The notes: a model not told the origin generated them from the sequence alone. A DNA stretch of 62,652 nt, filler included, from Candidatus Coatesbacteria bacterium (GCA_016927185.1; 5 parts of 5 records of this genome joined end to end with filler, not necessarily neighbours in it), one strand, 5' to 3'. Counted from the whole stretch's first letter, positions 19,498 to 30,660 are shown. Numbers and translations: made by a program.

Positions 19498-20757
19498 CTA
19501 AGTTCCAGATGAATAATCATCCAGATAATAAACCTGTTCTTTTGTTAATTTGTCTATAGATATATCAATTGTTTGAAGCTTTATTGATGCAAGTTCCTGA
19601 TCCTGTTCTTCAGAAATATCATAAACCTTTTTTGAATATGTTTTCCCTTCACTTGCCAGTCTTATCAAGGATAAAAACTGATTAGCAAAAGACATATCCA
19701 TTACTTCACTTGGATGACCTTCTGCTGCAGCAAGATTAACAAGCCTTCCCTGGGCAAGAAGATAGATTCTCCTGCCATCATTAAGAGTATACTCTTCACA
19801 GTTGTGACGTATAGTTCTTCTGGATTTGGTAATTCCTTCAAGAGCTTCAATGTCTATTTCACAATCATAATGACCTGTATTACATACAATCGCTCCATCT
19901 TTCATAGCATCGAAGTGTCTTTTTACTATAACATCCTTCATCCCGGTTGCTGTTATGAATATATCCCCAATTTTCGCTGCTTCATCCATTTTCATAACCT
20001 GGAATCCTTCCAGTGTTGCTTTCAAAGCTGCAGTTGGTTTTACCTCAGTTACATAAACTTTGCATCCCATTCCAGATGAACGCATTGCACATCCTCTTCC
20101 ACAATGACCGTAACCAGCTACCACGAAATTTTTCCCTGCAAGCAGAACAGATGTAGCTCTTAGAATTCCATCTATAGAGCTTTGTCCTGTTCCATAAACA
20201 TTGTCGAAATCCCATTTTGTTTCAGCATCATTTACAGCAATTATTGGATACAACAGCTTATTATCTCTTTCCATTGCTCTCAATCTATGAACTCCGGTTG
20301 TAGTTTCCTCTGTTCCCCCAATAATGCCTTTTGCCAATTCAGGATGCTTGTGATGTACAGTGAATATCAAATCCGCTCCGTCATCAAGAGTTAGTGATGG
20401 TTTTTGATTAAGTGTCTGTTCAATGCACCAATAAAATTCCTCAACACTCAATCCATTCCATGCATAAATTGAAACACCGTTTGCAGCAAGTGCAGCTGCA
20501 ACCTCGTCATTGGTAGACAAAGGATTACAACCACTCCAGGCGACTTCTGCTCCTGCCATTCTAATAGTTTCTACTAAAACAGCAGTTTCTTTGGTTACAT
20601 GAAGACAACCTGAGATCTTGTATCCCTGTAATGGTTTCGTTTCAGAATATTTTTTTCTCAAATGCATCAGAACAGGCATACGGCTCTCTGCCCAATCTAT
20701 CAACAATCTTCCTTTTTCAGCAAGTTTGATATCCCTTACTTTAAAATTGTCAGTCAT
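19498..20757 (-). CDS. ahcY: adenosylhomocysteinase
   Basis: GCLHVT, SGCNPLST, EETTTG, FDNVYGTGQS, GRLVNL, GHPSEVMD. Confidence 0.97.
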   Translation of the reverse strand: MTDNFKVRDIKLAEKGRLLIDWAESRMPVLMHLRKKYSETKPLQGYKISGCLHVTKETAVLVETIRMAGAEVAWSGCNPLSTNDEVAAALAANGVSIYAWNGLSVEEFYWCIEQTLNQKPSLTLDDGADLIFTVHHKHPELAKGIIGGTEETTTGVHRLRAMERDNKLLYPIIAVNDAETKWDFDNVYGTGQSSIDGILRATSVLLAGKNFVVAGYGHCGRGCAMRSSGMGCKVYVTEVKPTAALKATLEGFQVMKMDEAAKIGDIFITATGMKDVIVKRHFDAMKDGAIVCNTGHYDCEIDIEALEGITKSRRTIRHNCEEYTLNDGRRIYLLAQGRLVNLAAAEGHPSEVMDMSFANQFLSLIRLASEGKTYSKKVYDISEEQDQELASIKLQTIDISIDKLTKEQVYYLDDYSSGT

Positions 20758-20899
20758 AAAACCTCCTTTTCAATGATTAATATTTTTGTTTTGCAAGCCA
20801 AAAATGCCAAGGTTAAGTCAAGTTATTTGTAAATCCAACAATAAATGGTCTTCCTGAAAAAGGAACTTTGAGTATCGTTTTCAGATTCCTGCTTTATTG

Positions 20900-21568
20900 C
20901 TAAGAGGAATTCGTTTCAAAAACAAGATCGCTGCATCTACCTATAACTGCAAAACCATAAGCAAGATTTCTTAGTGTTCCAACATGCATATCTTCTGTTG
21001 ATGAAACACTTCCATCTGCTGGAAAGAACACTAGCAAATCCCTGAAATATGCTGATCTTGCTGTGCTTTCACAACACAGATTGCTTTTTATTCCAACTAT
21101 TACAACCTGTTCTATTTTCTGGCATCTTAGTACAATTTCCAGATCAGTATTATAAAATGCATCAAAACGATGTTTATGAATTATCTTATCGCAATCATCT
21201 GGATAAACCGAGTTATGAATTCTTGCAAAGTATGTTCCTTCGTACAAGATGCCAGCCCACCAGAAAGCCATGATACCAGCATCAATTCCAGTTTTATGAT
21301 GAGAATGACAAGTATATATGACAGGTCTGTTGAGTTTCCTGAATGATTGTATCAATCCATTCACATTTTCAATGATTGCTTCAGAAGCTGGAGTATAAGC
21401 AGGACTGGTGGGATCTATGAAAAAGTTCTGCATATCCACTACCAGCAAAGCTGCCTTTTCATATTTTATCTTGATGTTCTGTCTTAAATAATCCTTTATT
21501 TCATAGAGCCATTTTTCTGTCTTTTCCTTGATATTGTCTTTAGTTATATATCGTTCAGTTTTTCTCAT
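20900..21568 (-). CDS. isochorismatase-family cysteine hydrolase
   Basis: LLVVDMQN, KHRFDAF, CCESTAR. Confidence 0.9.
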   Translation of the reverse strand: MRKTERYITKDNIKEKTEKWLYEIKDYLRQNIKIKYEKAALLVVDMQNFFIDPTSPAYTPASEAIIENVNGLIQSFRKLNRPVIYTCHSHHKTGIDAGIMAFWWAGILYEGTYFARIHNSVYPDDCDKIIHKHRFDAFYNTDLEIVLRCQKIEQVVIVGIKSNLCCESTARSAYFRDLLVFFPADGSVSSTEDMHVGTLRNLAYGFAVIGRCSDLVFETNSS

Positions 21569-22719
21569 TTATCTTCCTTTTCCTCAGTTTGTTCCTTTCT
21601 TCTGTCTCTCAATATTCTTCTTTCCATTCCCTTGTATTTATCAATAATTCCCTTTTTAGGAACAAATGCAGCTCCATTTGAAATAAAGACACCAATTGGC
21701 TTGGTTTCTGAAAGGTTCTCAAGGATGATTTTGATAACTGCTATAATTGGAGTTGCAAGAAATGCTCCTGGTATTCCCCATATATATGTCCCGAAAAGCA
21801 TACCGAAAAGAACAATCAATGGTGATATATCCAGTTGATCCCCCATTACCCTCGGCTCGATTATATTTCCCCATATGTTATTTATCATTAACATCAATAT
21901 TGTCACAATGATCATTGACCAAACCCCATTCAGAACTAATGCAAGAATAATAGGAAATATTGCAGCGATTATGCTTCCAATATTCGGTATAAAGTTAAGA
22001 AGAAAGGCAATCATCCCCCAAAGCAGAGGGAAATCTATGCTAAACAGCCAGCATACGATTGTAACACAAATACCGGTTGCTAATGATATCAAAGTTTTCA
22101 TGACAATATAGAGTCTGATCTTTCTATCTATATCTTCGATTATTGAGAGTATTTGTTCACCTTTATCTTCAAATGCACATTTTACCCTTTGAGGTAAGGA
22201 TTCCTTTCCTACCATTATATAGAGCATGAATAGAAGCACCATAACAGATTGACCAAGGAAATTAAGGAAACTTCCCAGACTGGAGAAAAATCCTGAAGTG
22301 ATTTCTCCTAAATTAAGTTTTGATATGTCTATTCGGTTAGGATTGAAGTTTCTTAGCTGTCTTAATTGAGTTTCCAGTTTATATTGGGTTTTGATTTGAT
22401 CAGCATAGTTAACTATCAATCCCTGGTATTTAGTCATGTTATCAGTTACATTGCTTGTACTTGAGTAAATAATTGCACCCAGAACATATAACAATCCAGA
22501 CGCAAGAAGAAGTATAAAGATAACTGCAATTATCTTGGGTACTTTCATATTTCTTATAAGTTTATATATTGGTTCAAAAAGATAGCTGAGAAACAAAGCT
22601 ATGAAAAAAGGCTGAAATACGCTTTTTCCAAGTTTAAGAAGACCTAAAGCAAGTATTATTGCTATTGTGACTAAAGAGATCTTAATTACTTTCGCATCAT
22701 CAACTAGTTTCATATTCAT
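21565..22719 (-). CDS. AI-2E (PerM) family transporter
   Basis: FLLNFIPNIGS, NIIEPRVMG, WGIPGAFLATP. Confidence 0.9.
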   Translation of the reverse strand: MNMKLVDDAKVIKISLVTIAIILALGLLKLGKSVFQPFFIALFLSYLFEPIYKLIRNMKVPKIIAVIFILLLASGLLYVLGAIIYSSTSNVTDNMTKYQGLIVNYADQIKTQYKLETQLRQLRNFNPNRIDISKLNLGEITSGFFSSLGSFLNFLGQSVMVLLFMLYIMVGKESLPQRVKCAFEDKGEQILSIIEDIDRKIRLYIVMKTLISLATGICVTIVCWLFSIDFPLLWGMIAFLLNFIPNIGSIIAAIFPIILALVLNGVWSMIIVTILMLMINNIWGNIIEPRVMGDQLDISPLIVLFGMLFGTYIWGIPGAFLATPIIAVIKIILENLSETKPIGVFISNGAAFVPKKGIIDKYKGMERRILRDRRKEQTEEKEDK

Positions 22720-24437
22720 TTCCTGTTTTTGAATATTAAGTCAAGATCTTTATCTTTTTGTGTATATTTCTTGCAAGCTGAAAATCTGATCATTATTTCT
22801 TTTCTGTAAATCGTATCAAGCTCTTCTGTATCCATGTATTTCCTTATGAATCTTGATAAGGCTTTTCTGCCAAGACTCTTCTCATTATTTTTGTATAGAT
22901 ATTGCCCCATTTCAAACAAGAATAATGCAGATTCGTCATCCAGTTCTTTTTTTAATATTTGCTTTTTAACCATATATTTAACAGACTGGATATCATTTGA
23001 TAATTTTGCCTTTTCGAACGAGGCATAGGATATAATTTTTCTATTTCTTGTTAACCATTCATCCAGTAATAAATCAGCTGTAGGGAAATTACCTGGAAAG
23101 TTTATGTCTATGATATCCAATAATTTGCGTGACCCTTTATCATCAAGAGAATATTTCTGAAACAAATATGCATTAAATATATCTTCATTATAAAAAATGT
23201 CTTTTTCTTTCTTATTTGCTCTTCTTGTTTGAAAACTAAGTTTTCCTGTTATCTCTTCTTTTTCAGGGATGAAAGCAAAATAAAAAGGTTTTTCAGCTAA
23301 TGAATCATTATCTGAGTAAATTTCTCCTGTTCTTAAAAGTGCTTTCCATTTTTTATTGGCAGAAGCATTGATCCTGGATATTTCTTGTTTACGCTTTATA
23401 ACATAAGGTTTCAATTTATCCCAGACGCTTATTATCGGATTTTCTGTATTTCCTCCTTCCTCTCCATGAAAATAATCTTCTATAAAAAACATGTCTTCTG
23501 ATAGTTCAAGGCTTTTCAGGAGTGATTCAATAGCTTCTTTTTTCTGATTGAATTCTGCAAGCAAGCAACCCCATCTGAAATAAACATATGGTGGATAGAC
23601 GGATCTGTCACTTATTTTATAAGCGTTTTTATAATCCTTGCCTGCTTTTTCAAATTTCTCTATAGCTTTTTTCAAATAGAATCTCTCTCCATCTTCATCT
23701 TTGTACAATTCAGATAGATTGATATATGCAGAAACAGACAATGCATCATTTTCATCAATGTTTGTGACTTTTCTCCATAATCCAACAGCCAGTTCATCTC
23801 TTAATGATATTTCCTGACAGAAGTTCCCAAATATATTAGCCTGTAGCCACAAATAATAGGGCTTTCTTGGATTATCTTGCCCTGATAATAGTTTATCAAG
23901 AATATTCATCCACTTAGCCATATCTGGTCTGAATGCAAATACTATTTTAGGAAAATCCTTATTTCCTGACCATTGCCAGCTTGAATGCCTTTCCAGTGAG
24001 GGTTTGCCAGCTGTCCATAACGTATCTATGGACGTTGATAATTTAGCTATTACATATATTGAGTCAGGCTTAGCTTTAATGGGTAGATAATCCCTGGTAT
24101 TGAAATCAAATCTGTGAATGTTTAGAGATGAGACTTTTAATTTCTTCCTGAAAGAAATCTCGATTTTCTCTGTTTTTCTAGTTCCTAAATTGATTTTCTG
24201 CGACATGAATTTGATAATTTTGTTGTTATGCTTTATCTGAGAGTTCTTTGGAAAACTCTTTGGAAGAGACACAATGATTAAATCAGAAAGTTTTGTCCTT
24301 TTAATAAGGAATTTAACCCTATAGTTGGCATAAATCTCTCCTATATCAATCTTGATTTCCTCTTTCAGGAAATAAGAATTTTCAGAAAATACTTTCGCAG
24401 AAAGGATGAGTAACAAAAAAAGTGTTAGTTTAAGCAA
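22716..24437 (-). CDS. exported hypothetical protein with TPR-like helices
   Basis: Signal peptide; TPR-like segments. Confidence 0.6.
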   Translation of the reverse strand: MLKLTLFLLLILSAKVFSENSYFLKEEIKIDIGEIYANYRVKFLIKRTKLSDLIIVSLPKSFPKNSQIKHNNKIIKFMSQKINLGTRKTEKIEISFRKKLKVSSLNIHRFDFNTRDYLPIKAKPDSIYVIAKLSTSIDTLWTAGKPSLERHSSWQWSGNKDFPKIVFAFRPDMAKWMNILDKLLSGQDNPRKPYYLWLQANIFGNFCQEISLRDELAVGLWRKVTNIDENDALSVSAYINLSELYKDEDGERFYLKKAIEKFEKAGKDYKNAYKISDRSVYPPYVYFRWGCLLAEFNQKKEAIESLLKSLELSEDMFFIEDYFHGEEGGNTENPIISVWDKLKPYVIKRKQEISRINASANKKWKALLRTGEIYSDNDSLAEKPFYFAFIPEKEEITGKLSFQTRRANKKEKDIFYNEDIFNAYLFQKYSLDDKGSRKLLDIIDINFPGNFPTADLLLDEWLTRNRKIISYASFEKAKLSNDIQSVKYMVKKQILKKELDDESALFLFEMGQYLYKNNEKSLGRKALSRFIRKYMDTEELDTIYRKEIMIRFSACKKYTQKDKDLDLIFKNRK

Positions 24438-24439
24438 TA

Positions 24440-25957
24440 CTATTTTTTCTTTTTTCCCAGTATCCCTTTTTTCTTGAATAATAGCTTGGATTTCTTTTTC
24501 TTTATCCCTTCGGTATCTGTTTGTGCAATTGTTTCTTCTGCAGTCTCCTCTTCTTCTGCTGTTTCCTCTTCTTTTACTTCTGGCTCTTCTATTTTCGGAA
24601 CAGGACGTTCAATAATGGTCTCAACATCATATTCTTCTTTTGTCTCTTGGACCTCTGTCTCTTCCTGAACGGTAAACGTAGTTTCCTGGATAACTGTTTT
24701 TTCTTCTGTTTCCTCTTCAGGTTCTTCCTGTACCTCTTCTGCTACCTGATCTTCTATTTCATCTGCTATTTCCTCTGTTTCATCTTGCAACTGTATTTCG
24801 GGAGCTTCGATTTCTTTTTCTCCAGAATCTCCTTCAGTGGTCTGCTCGCTGCTTTCCTTTATATCAGTTTCTTTCAATTCTTGCTCAGCAATCAGTTTCT
24901 TCAGTTCATCTTCTTCTTCTCTTGTTTTATCTTCAAGATGTTCTTCTTCATATACTTCTGCAATAGCAGAGACATCTACCTGAAGAGTTTCTTCTTCTAT
25001 TTCCTTTTTGGTTTTTTTCTTTCCAAGTATTATTTTCTTTCCCCCAAAAGGGAGTTTTTTCTCTATAAATATTGGCTTCTTCTTTATGAATGACTTTAAT
25101 TTTCTTTTTCCTGCTTTTTCTTCTTCTGTTCCCTCAGCTGTTTCCGAAACCTCTTCCTGTTCTTGCTCCTGGATTTCTTCCTGAGCTTCCTCAACAGCTT
25201 CTTGAGTAGATGCAACTGAGATTTCCTCTTTTTTCTCGATAATCTCTTCCTTGCATACTTCTTCTTCATCTATCTTGCTTTCTAATTCTTTCTGCTTCCT
25301 TTCTTGCTTGACTTTCTCTATTTTTTCAGAGATACTTACTACTTCTACTTTCTTTTCAGGAGGTTCTGAAACTGCTTTGTCTTTAAGGCCTACTATAACG
25401 ACTTTTTTGGGATGTTTCTCTTCCTTCTCTGCTTCAGTTTCAACTTCAGGAATTTTAGCTTGAATTTGCTGTACATCTATTTGCATAGATAGTTTTTTCT
25501 CAAGATTCTGAAATTCCTCAAGCAGTTCTTCTATCTTGTTGGATAAAGTGATATTATGAACTGCAAGTTTTTTTGCTTCCTTCAAAGTATTAATAGCTGA
25601 GTTAAAATCCTCTTTTTCAACAGCTATTTTCGCCATATAGATATATCTTTCAACAATAAGCTCTTTCTTGAATTTATTCAGAAGCTTTTTTACCTTGTCA
25701 TTTTCAGGATCTATTTCAAGTATTTTTTGTAGTTCTTTGACAGCTGATCTTTTATCTCCTTCTACAAGCAGCTGTTGAGCATTCTCATAAAACTGTCTTA
25801 CAGATAGCTCGCCTTGAATCCTGTTTATTAATTGTTTTACCCTCTTGTTTTCTGGATTGACTTCCAGTAAACGTTCCAGATATTCTAAAGCCGTCTGCCT
25901 GTCCTTCTTGCCAAGGGCATCCATGGCTTTTCTTAACAGTTCTCTGGTATCTTCCAT
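24440..25957 (-). CDS. TPR protein with long Glu-rich low-complexity tail
   Basis: N-terminal TPRs (LEVNPEN, LEIDPEN); acidic tail with Lys-rich blocks. Confidence 0.75.
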   Translation of the reverse strand: MEDTRELLRKAMDALGKKDRQTALEYLERLLEVNPENKRVKQLINRIQGELSVRQFYENAQQLLVEGDKRSAVKELQKILEIDPENDKVKKLLNKFKKELIVERYIYMAKIAVEKEDFNSAINTLKEAKKLAVHNITLSNKIEELLEEFQNLEKKLSMQIDVQQIQAKIPEVETEAEKEEKHPKKVVIVGLKDKAVSEPPEKKVEVVSISEKIEKVKQERKQKELESKIDEEEVCKEEIIEKKEEISVASTQEAVEEAQEEIQEQEQEEVSETAEGTEEEKAGKRKLKSFIKKKPIFIEKKLPFGGKKIILGKKKTKKEIEEETLQVDVSAIAEVYEEEHLEDKTREEEDELKKLIAEQELKETDIKESSEQTTEGDSGEKEIEAPEIQLQDETEEIADEIEDQVAEEVQEEPEEETEEKTVIQETTFTVQEETEVQETKEEYDVETIIERPVPKIEEPEVKEEETAEEEETAEETIAQTDTEGIKKKKSKLLFKKKGILGKKKK

Positions 25958-26072
25958 AGAAAATAACCCCTCTTCATATATTTATGTTAAGTTTTTTATA
26001 ATGAGTTAACTTCTAGTTTGGTTATATGACGTCAAGCTAAAATACTTGAAAGCTAATCTTTTTGTTCCGAAG

Positions 26073-26510
26073 CTAGACTTCTTCAAAAACCTTTTTAACA
26101 AAATAGTGAATATTCTTTATATATTTATAATTTGCTTTTTCAAATAATGCAATTGATGGCATATTATCTTCATAAATCAAGGCTGAGAATACTTCAATAT
26201 TTTCTTTCTTTAACCATTCTTCAGCTTCATCGATTAATCTCAATGCAATTCCATGTTTCTGGAATTCAGGTAATGTTGAAATCCTGTTTATCCATCCTTT
26301 TCTTCCATCATGTGTTGCAAGTACTACCCCCAGCATTTTCTCATCATTAAAAGCACCTATAAATCTTGTATTAGGTAAATCCATCTGTCTCATCAGATTT
26401 TTTCTGCTATCTCTCCCTTTTTTCTTTAGTTCTATACCAGACTTAAACCATACTTCATATATATCATCAAGATCTTCCTTTAAGAGTACTCTACAACTGA
26501 TATTTATCAT
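26073..26510 (-). CDS. GNAT N-acetyltransferase
   Basis: HDGRKGWINR, PEFQKHGIA motif A, N..SIALF. Confidence 0.85.
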   Translation of the reverse strand: MINISCRVLLKEDLDDIYEVWFKSGIELKKKGRDSRKNLMRQMDLPNTRFIGAFNDEKMLGVVLATHDGRKGWINRISTLPEFQKHGIALRLIDEAEEWLKKENIEVFSALIYEDNMPSIALFEKANYKYIKNIHYFVKKVFEEV

Positions 26511-27007
26511 TAATAACCTTTTTTTGATTCGGAAGTGCTTATTTCAAGAAGATAGTTTTTCTCCAGGTAAATAATTTCTTTATCGGGATTCATAATGACA
26601 ACTCTTCTGATGCCTGAATTTACTATTACTCTTGCACACATCTTGCAGGGAGCAATATTCTCTACCATAGAATCATCAGAAGTATTCTCACCATATAAAT
26701 ACATTACACCACCTAAAACAGGTGTTCCCGTTCTTGCAGCGTTTATAACAGCATTCATTTCTGCGTGAACAGATTCACATAACTCATACCTTGTTCCGGG
26801 TTCTATGTTTAATGCCTGCCTTGTACATATTCCTCTATCAATGCAGTTAATGCTTCCTCTTGGTGCTCCTACATATCCAGTTGCAACTATTGTTCCTGCA
26901 CGAACAATTACTGCTCCGAAACGTCTTCTCAAGCATGTGCTTCTTTTCGAGACATCTTTTGCAATGTTCAGGTAATATTCATCAATTGAAGGTCTTTTGA
27001 AATCCAT
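26510..27007 (-). CDS. dCMP deaminase family protein
   Basis: RSTCLRR.GAV, HAE.NA, PCKMC; likely start ATG 27007 (TGATG coupling). Confidence 0.9.
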   Translation of the reverse strand: MDFKRPSIDEYYLNIAKDVSKRSTCLRRRFGAVIVRAGTIVATGYVGAPRGSINCIDRGICTRQALNIEPGTRYELCESVHAEMNAVINAARTGTPVLGGVMYLYGENTSDDSMVENIAPCKMCARVIVNSGIRRVVIMNPDKEIIYLEKNYLLEISTSESKKGY

Positions 27008-27543
27008 CAAGCATTTCTCCTTAAATTTTCTGGTAAACAATCAAGAATTATTTTTACATTACAGGATGGCTTTTTATCTGTTTGTAAACAGATATAAGGA
27101 TAAGTAATTGTTTCAAAGTCATTTCTTACTTTCTTGTACAAGTTGATAGTCCTGTCCCTGGCGGGGTGTTTATTGTTTTTTCTATCATATTCAATGCGAT
27201 CCTTTGCAACTTTGTCTTCACAAATGCAGTGAAAAATCAGTAATTTTATGCCAAATGTAGATGCAAGATCCACATATTGCTGTACTGCTTCAGCCCTGGA
27301 AAAAGCAGTTCCATCAACAATAACATTTTCTCCTCTTAAAAGATAAAGCCTTGTGCATCCCAAGACTACATCATCAATGAAGTGTTTCTCTTCCAGAGAA
27401 AAATCAGGAGGGGAAAAAATCTGCATCCTGATTATATCTCTTGATACTATCTTGGCATTTATTAATGGTGCCAGTTTTTTCACAATCTTTGTTTTTCCAA
27501 CACCTGGAAGACCCCTGAAAAGTATTAGAACTTGATCATTCAT
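27007..27543 (-). CDS. AAA_33-like P-loop kinase
   Basis: GLPGVGKT, D.IR, VIVDGT; start ATG 27543 or GTG 27552. Confidence 0.8.
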   Translation of the reverse strand: MNDQVLILFRGLPGVGKTKIVKKLAPLINAKIVSRDIIRMQIFSPPDFSLEEKHFIDDVVLGCTRLYLLRGENVIVDGTAFSRAEAVQQYVDLASTFGIKLLIFHCICEDKVAKDRIEYDRKNNKHPARDRTINLYKKVRNDFETITYPYICLQTDKKPSCNVKIILDCLPENLRRNA

Positions 27544-27689
27544 TTTCTGCACATTGCTGAAACAGTATGTTTATTGTCAAGAATTACAAACAAGTGATTG
27601 TATTCACTTGTCAACATCTTCATACAGTTTGCTGATATCTCTAACTATCTTCTTGACAAAAAATCGGAAAGGAAAATTGCATAGAAATC

Positions 27690-28793
27690 ATGTTCAAATG
27701 CATAAAATGCTTGAAGACTTATTCGTTTGATGACAAGATAATAAGATGTACGTGTGGTTCATTATTGGATTTTGAATTCTACGCTGAATTTCCATTAGAA
27801 AAAATCAGGAAAAGAAAACCTTCTTTATGGAGGTATGAAGAAGCCATACCTATTGAAAACAAGAATTCAATAGTTACTTTTGATGAAGGTTTTACACCAT
27901 TATTGAAGATGAAATTCGGCAGAGCAGAAATTCATTTCAAGCTGGATTATATGTTCCCGACAGGTTCATTCAAAGACAGAGGCTCAACAGTATTGATAAG
28001 CAAGATAAAAGAGCTTGGCATAAAAGGAGTCATTGAAGATTCTTCTGGTAATGCAGGTGCATCAATTGCTGCTTACTGTGCCAATGCAGGTATTGAATGT
28101 ACAATATATATTCCGGAAAAAACTTCCATTATGAAATCAAGACAGATAGAACTTTATAATGCAAAACTCGTTGAAATCAATGGAAGCAGGGAAGATACTG
28201 CAGAAGCAGCTCTTGAAGCTTCAAAGAATGTCTATTATGCAAGCCATGTCTTCAATCCTTTCTTCCTTCATGGAACAAAAACCATTGCTTATGAAATAGC
28301 AGAACAGCTGGACTGGAAATCTCCTGATGCTGTAATAATGCCAGTCGGTAATGGAAGTTTGTTTCTTGGTGCTTATATCGGTTTCAGAGACTTGCTAAAT
28401 TGTGGTATAACAGTAAAAATGCCCAAACTGATTGCAGTACAGGCAGAAAACTGCTCTCCAATATATACTGAATTAAAGAGAAGTCAGTGTAGGGTAGTAG
28501 AGAAGGATAAGAAAGAAACTATAGCAGAAGGGATAGCAATAAGAAAGCCTGTTAGATCAAAGCAGATTATCGATGCAATAAAGGAAAGCAAGGGTGATTG
28601 TTTCACAGTGACAGAAAGAGAGATAATAGATGCTTTTAAGGCAATGTCTGGCAAGGGATTATTTATAGAATATACTTCAGCAGTTGCTGTTGCAGGAATA
28701 GACAAGTATATGAATAGCATAGTGAAAAGAGAGACAATTATTACAGTCATCACAGGTAATGGCTTGAAGAATTCGAGATTGGAAAGTGTTTGA
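27690..28793 (+). CDS. thrC: threonine synthase-like PLP enzyme
   Basis: N-terminal Zn ribbon, EGFTPL, PTGSFKDRG, SSGNAG, PVGNG, TGNGLK. Confidence 0.8.
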   Translation: MFKCIKCLKTYSFDDKIIRCTCGSLLDFEFYAEFPLEKIRKRKPSLWRYEEAIPIENKNSIVTFDEGFTPLLKMKFGRAEIHFKLDYMFPTGSFKDRGSTVLISKIKELGIKGVIEDSSGNAGASIAAYCANAGIECTIYIPEKTSIMKSRQIELYNAKLVEINGSREDTAEAALEASKNVYYASHVFNPFFLHGTKTIAYEIAEQLDWKSPDAVIMPVGNGSLFLGAYIGFRDLLNCGITVKMPKLIAVQAENCSPIYTELKRSQCRVVEKDKKETIAEGIAIRKPVRSKQIIDAIKESKGDCFTVTEREIIDAFKAMSGKGLFIEYTSAVAVAGIDKYMNSIVKRETIITVITGNGLKNSRLESV

Positions 28794-28811
28794 GATGAGC
28801 AGGTTAGGGGA

Positions 28812-30632
28812 GTGAAGAATATCAGCTATCCAGTATCTCTAAAACCTTATACAAGGTGGTGGTGGTTTGCTTCTGAAATAAAGGAAAATGATATCAGATA
28901 TCAGCTTGAATGGGCAAGGAATAACAATTTCGGGGGAGTTGAAATCGCCTGGATTTATGGACTGAAATCAAGCAAGAAAACGCCAGTATTTTTAAGCAGG
29001 GAATGGTCAGAAAAGGTCTTGTATGCGAAAACATATGCAAAAAAACTGGGACTGGGATGTGATTTCACGTTTGGTTCAGCCTGGCCATTTGGTGGCACTT
29101 TTCTTGAAAAAGAGTATTCTGCAATGACTTTCAACGGTTTATCGGAGCAAAGGCTTGAAAAATCATGGGAAGAACCTTTAAAGGGATACATTCTCAATCA
29201 TCTTGATAAGAAAGCCTTTGATAGATACGCATTAGAAATAAACGATGCATTGAAAGAATCCCTCAAGCTAAGTAAAAGTGCATTGTTTTGCGATTCCTTT
29301 GAAGTTGAAACTGAAGGAATGTGGACGAAAAGTTTTTCGGAAACATTCAAGGACAGATTCGGTTATTCAATAGAAGAATACATGCCTTTAATAAATTATC
29401 ATCCTGATGAAAGATTTGATTACAGATTGCTTATATCTGATATGCTGCTTGATGAGTTTTTCAAGCCCTTTTGTGATAACTGCAAGAAGATGAAAGCTTT
29501 TTCCAGACTGCAAGCTCATGGTGCTCCGGCAGATATACTGACTGCATATTCCTTTGCAGATATTCCTGAAAGCGAGGCGATACTGTTTGATCCCACTTTC
29601 TCGCAGATAGCCTCATCAGCAGCAGTATTGACTTCAAAGAAAATTGTTTCAGCAGAAGCATTTACATGTATTTATGGCTGGAAACCAAAACCAGGTCCAT
29701 CTCCTCATCAGATGGAAGAGGAAATCGGTGATTTGAAAATACTTGCTGATGCCTTGTTTGCCAATGGTATCAATTTCTTTATATGGCATGGCATGCCTTA
29801 TAACAAGAAAAACGGCAGGAACTATTTTTATGCTACAGTTCATGTAGGTGAAAGTGGAGCATTGAGCAAGCATTTTAATGTTTTCAATTCATATCTTGAG
29901 AATATTTCTTCAAAGATGACCGACGGTATAACTTATTCACAGACAGGAGTTTATCTTCCACTTGAAGATAACTGGATGTTGAATGAGCTGCCAGATAATA
30001 TGAAAAAAATAAGTGCGAAATATTACTGGGAGCTGCAGCATTTGAAATTCCCGGAAGAATTATATGGCTATCAACCAATCTGGCTCACTGATCCCTTCCT
30101 GAAAAATGCTGAAGTTGAAAACGGGATCATGAAAATAGGGGATTGCTCATTCAAGCTTTTATATGTGTATTCTGAGTGGATGACAATTGAGGTACTAAAC
30201 AATATTAAACGATTGACTGACAAGGGATTGACGATTATTTTTAAAAGAAAACCGAAACAGGCAGGGAGAATCAAGAGCAAATGCTTCGATGAATATTTGG
30301 GGAAAATTTTCAATATAAAAAATATGCATAATGATATGGTAGAAGCAGGATTAAGACCTTTGCTTGCATGCAATGAAAAGATTGAATTCAGATGCAGGAA
30401 AATTGATTCAGAATTGCTTTTTTTCATTGCCAATCCAGTTAGCAAAACTCTTTCTTACCCAATGAGATACAGGCAATTTGAAGATGGATTCGCAGGTGAA
30501 ATTGAAATAACTATCTTTAATGGGAGCAATCCTGTAAATACGAAGCTTGATTTTTCCAGAAATTCGTCATTTCTTTTACATATTAGCAAATCATGTAAGA
30601 TCAAACAGGAGAAGCTTGATATTGATTATTAA
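28812..30632 (+). CDS. glycoside hydrolase, GH106-like
   Basis: PYTRWWW, GGVEI, WPFGG, DSFEV, QAHG, DIPESE, SAEAFT, WHG. Confidence 0.7.
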   Translation: MKNISYPVSLKPYTRWWWFASEIKENDIRYQLEWARNNNFGGVEIAWIYGLKSSKKTPVFLSREWSEKVLYAKTYAKKLGLGCDFTFGSAWPFGGTFLEKEYSAMTFNGLSEQRLEKSWEEPLKGYILNHLDKKAFDRYALEINDALKESLKLSKSALFCDSFEVETEGMWTKSFSETFKDRFGYSIEEYMPLINYHPDERFDYRLLISDMLLDEFFKPFCDNCKKMKAFSRLQAHGAPADILTAYSFADIPESEAILFDPTFSQIASSAAVLTSKKIVSAEAFTCIYGWKPKPGPSPHQMEEEIGDLKILADALFANGINFFIWHGMPYNKKNGRNYFYATVHVGESGALSKHFNVFNSYLENISSKMTDGITYSQTGVYLPLEDNWMLNELPDNMKKISAKYYWELQHLKFPEELYGYQPIWLTDPFLKNAEVENGIMKIGDCSFKLLYVYSEWMTIEVLNNIKRLTDKGLTIIFKRKPKQAGRIKSKCFDEYLGKIFNIKNMHNDMVEAGLRPLLACNEKIEFRCRKIDSELLFFIANPVSKTLSYPMRYRQFEDGFAGEIEITIFNGSNPVNTKLDFSRNSSFLLHISKSCKIKQEKLDIDY

Positions 30633-30660
30633 ATAAAGTAAAGATATTCAGCAGCACAAT

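Noticed and set aside
20758-20899. SAH/SAM riboswitch upstream of ahcY
   Set aside because: AT-rich spacer without recognisable aptamer motifs
24474-25463. Plus-strand ORFs rich in Phe/Ser/Cys, and the other short antisense ORFs in the track
   Set aside because: Shadows of real genes on the opposite strand; no RBS or motifs
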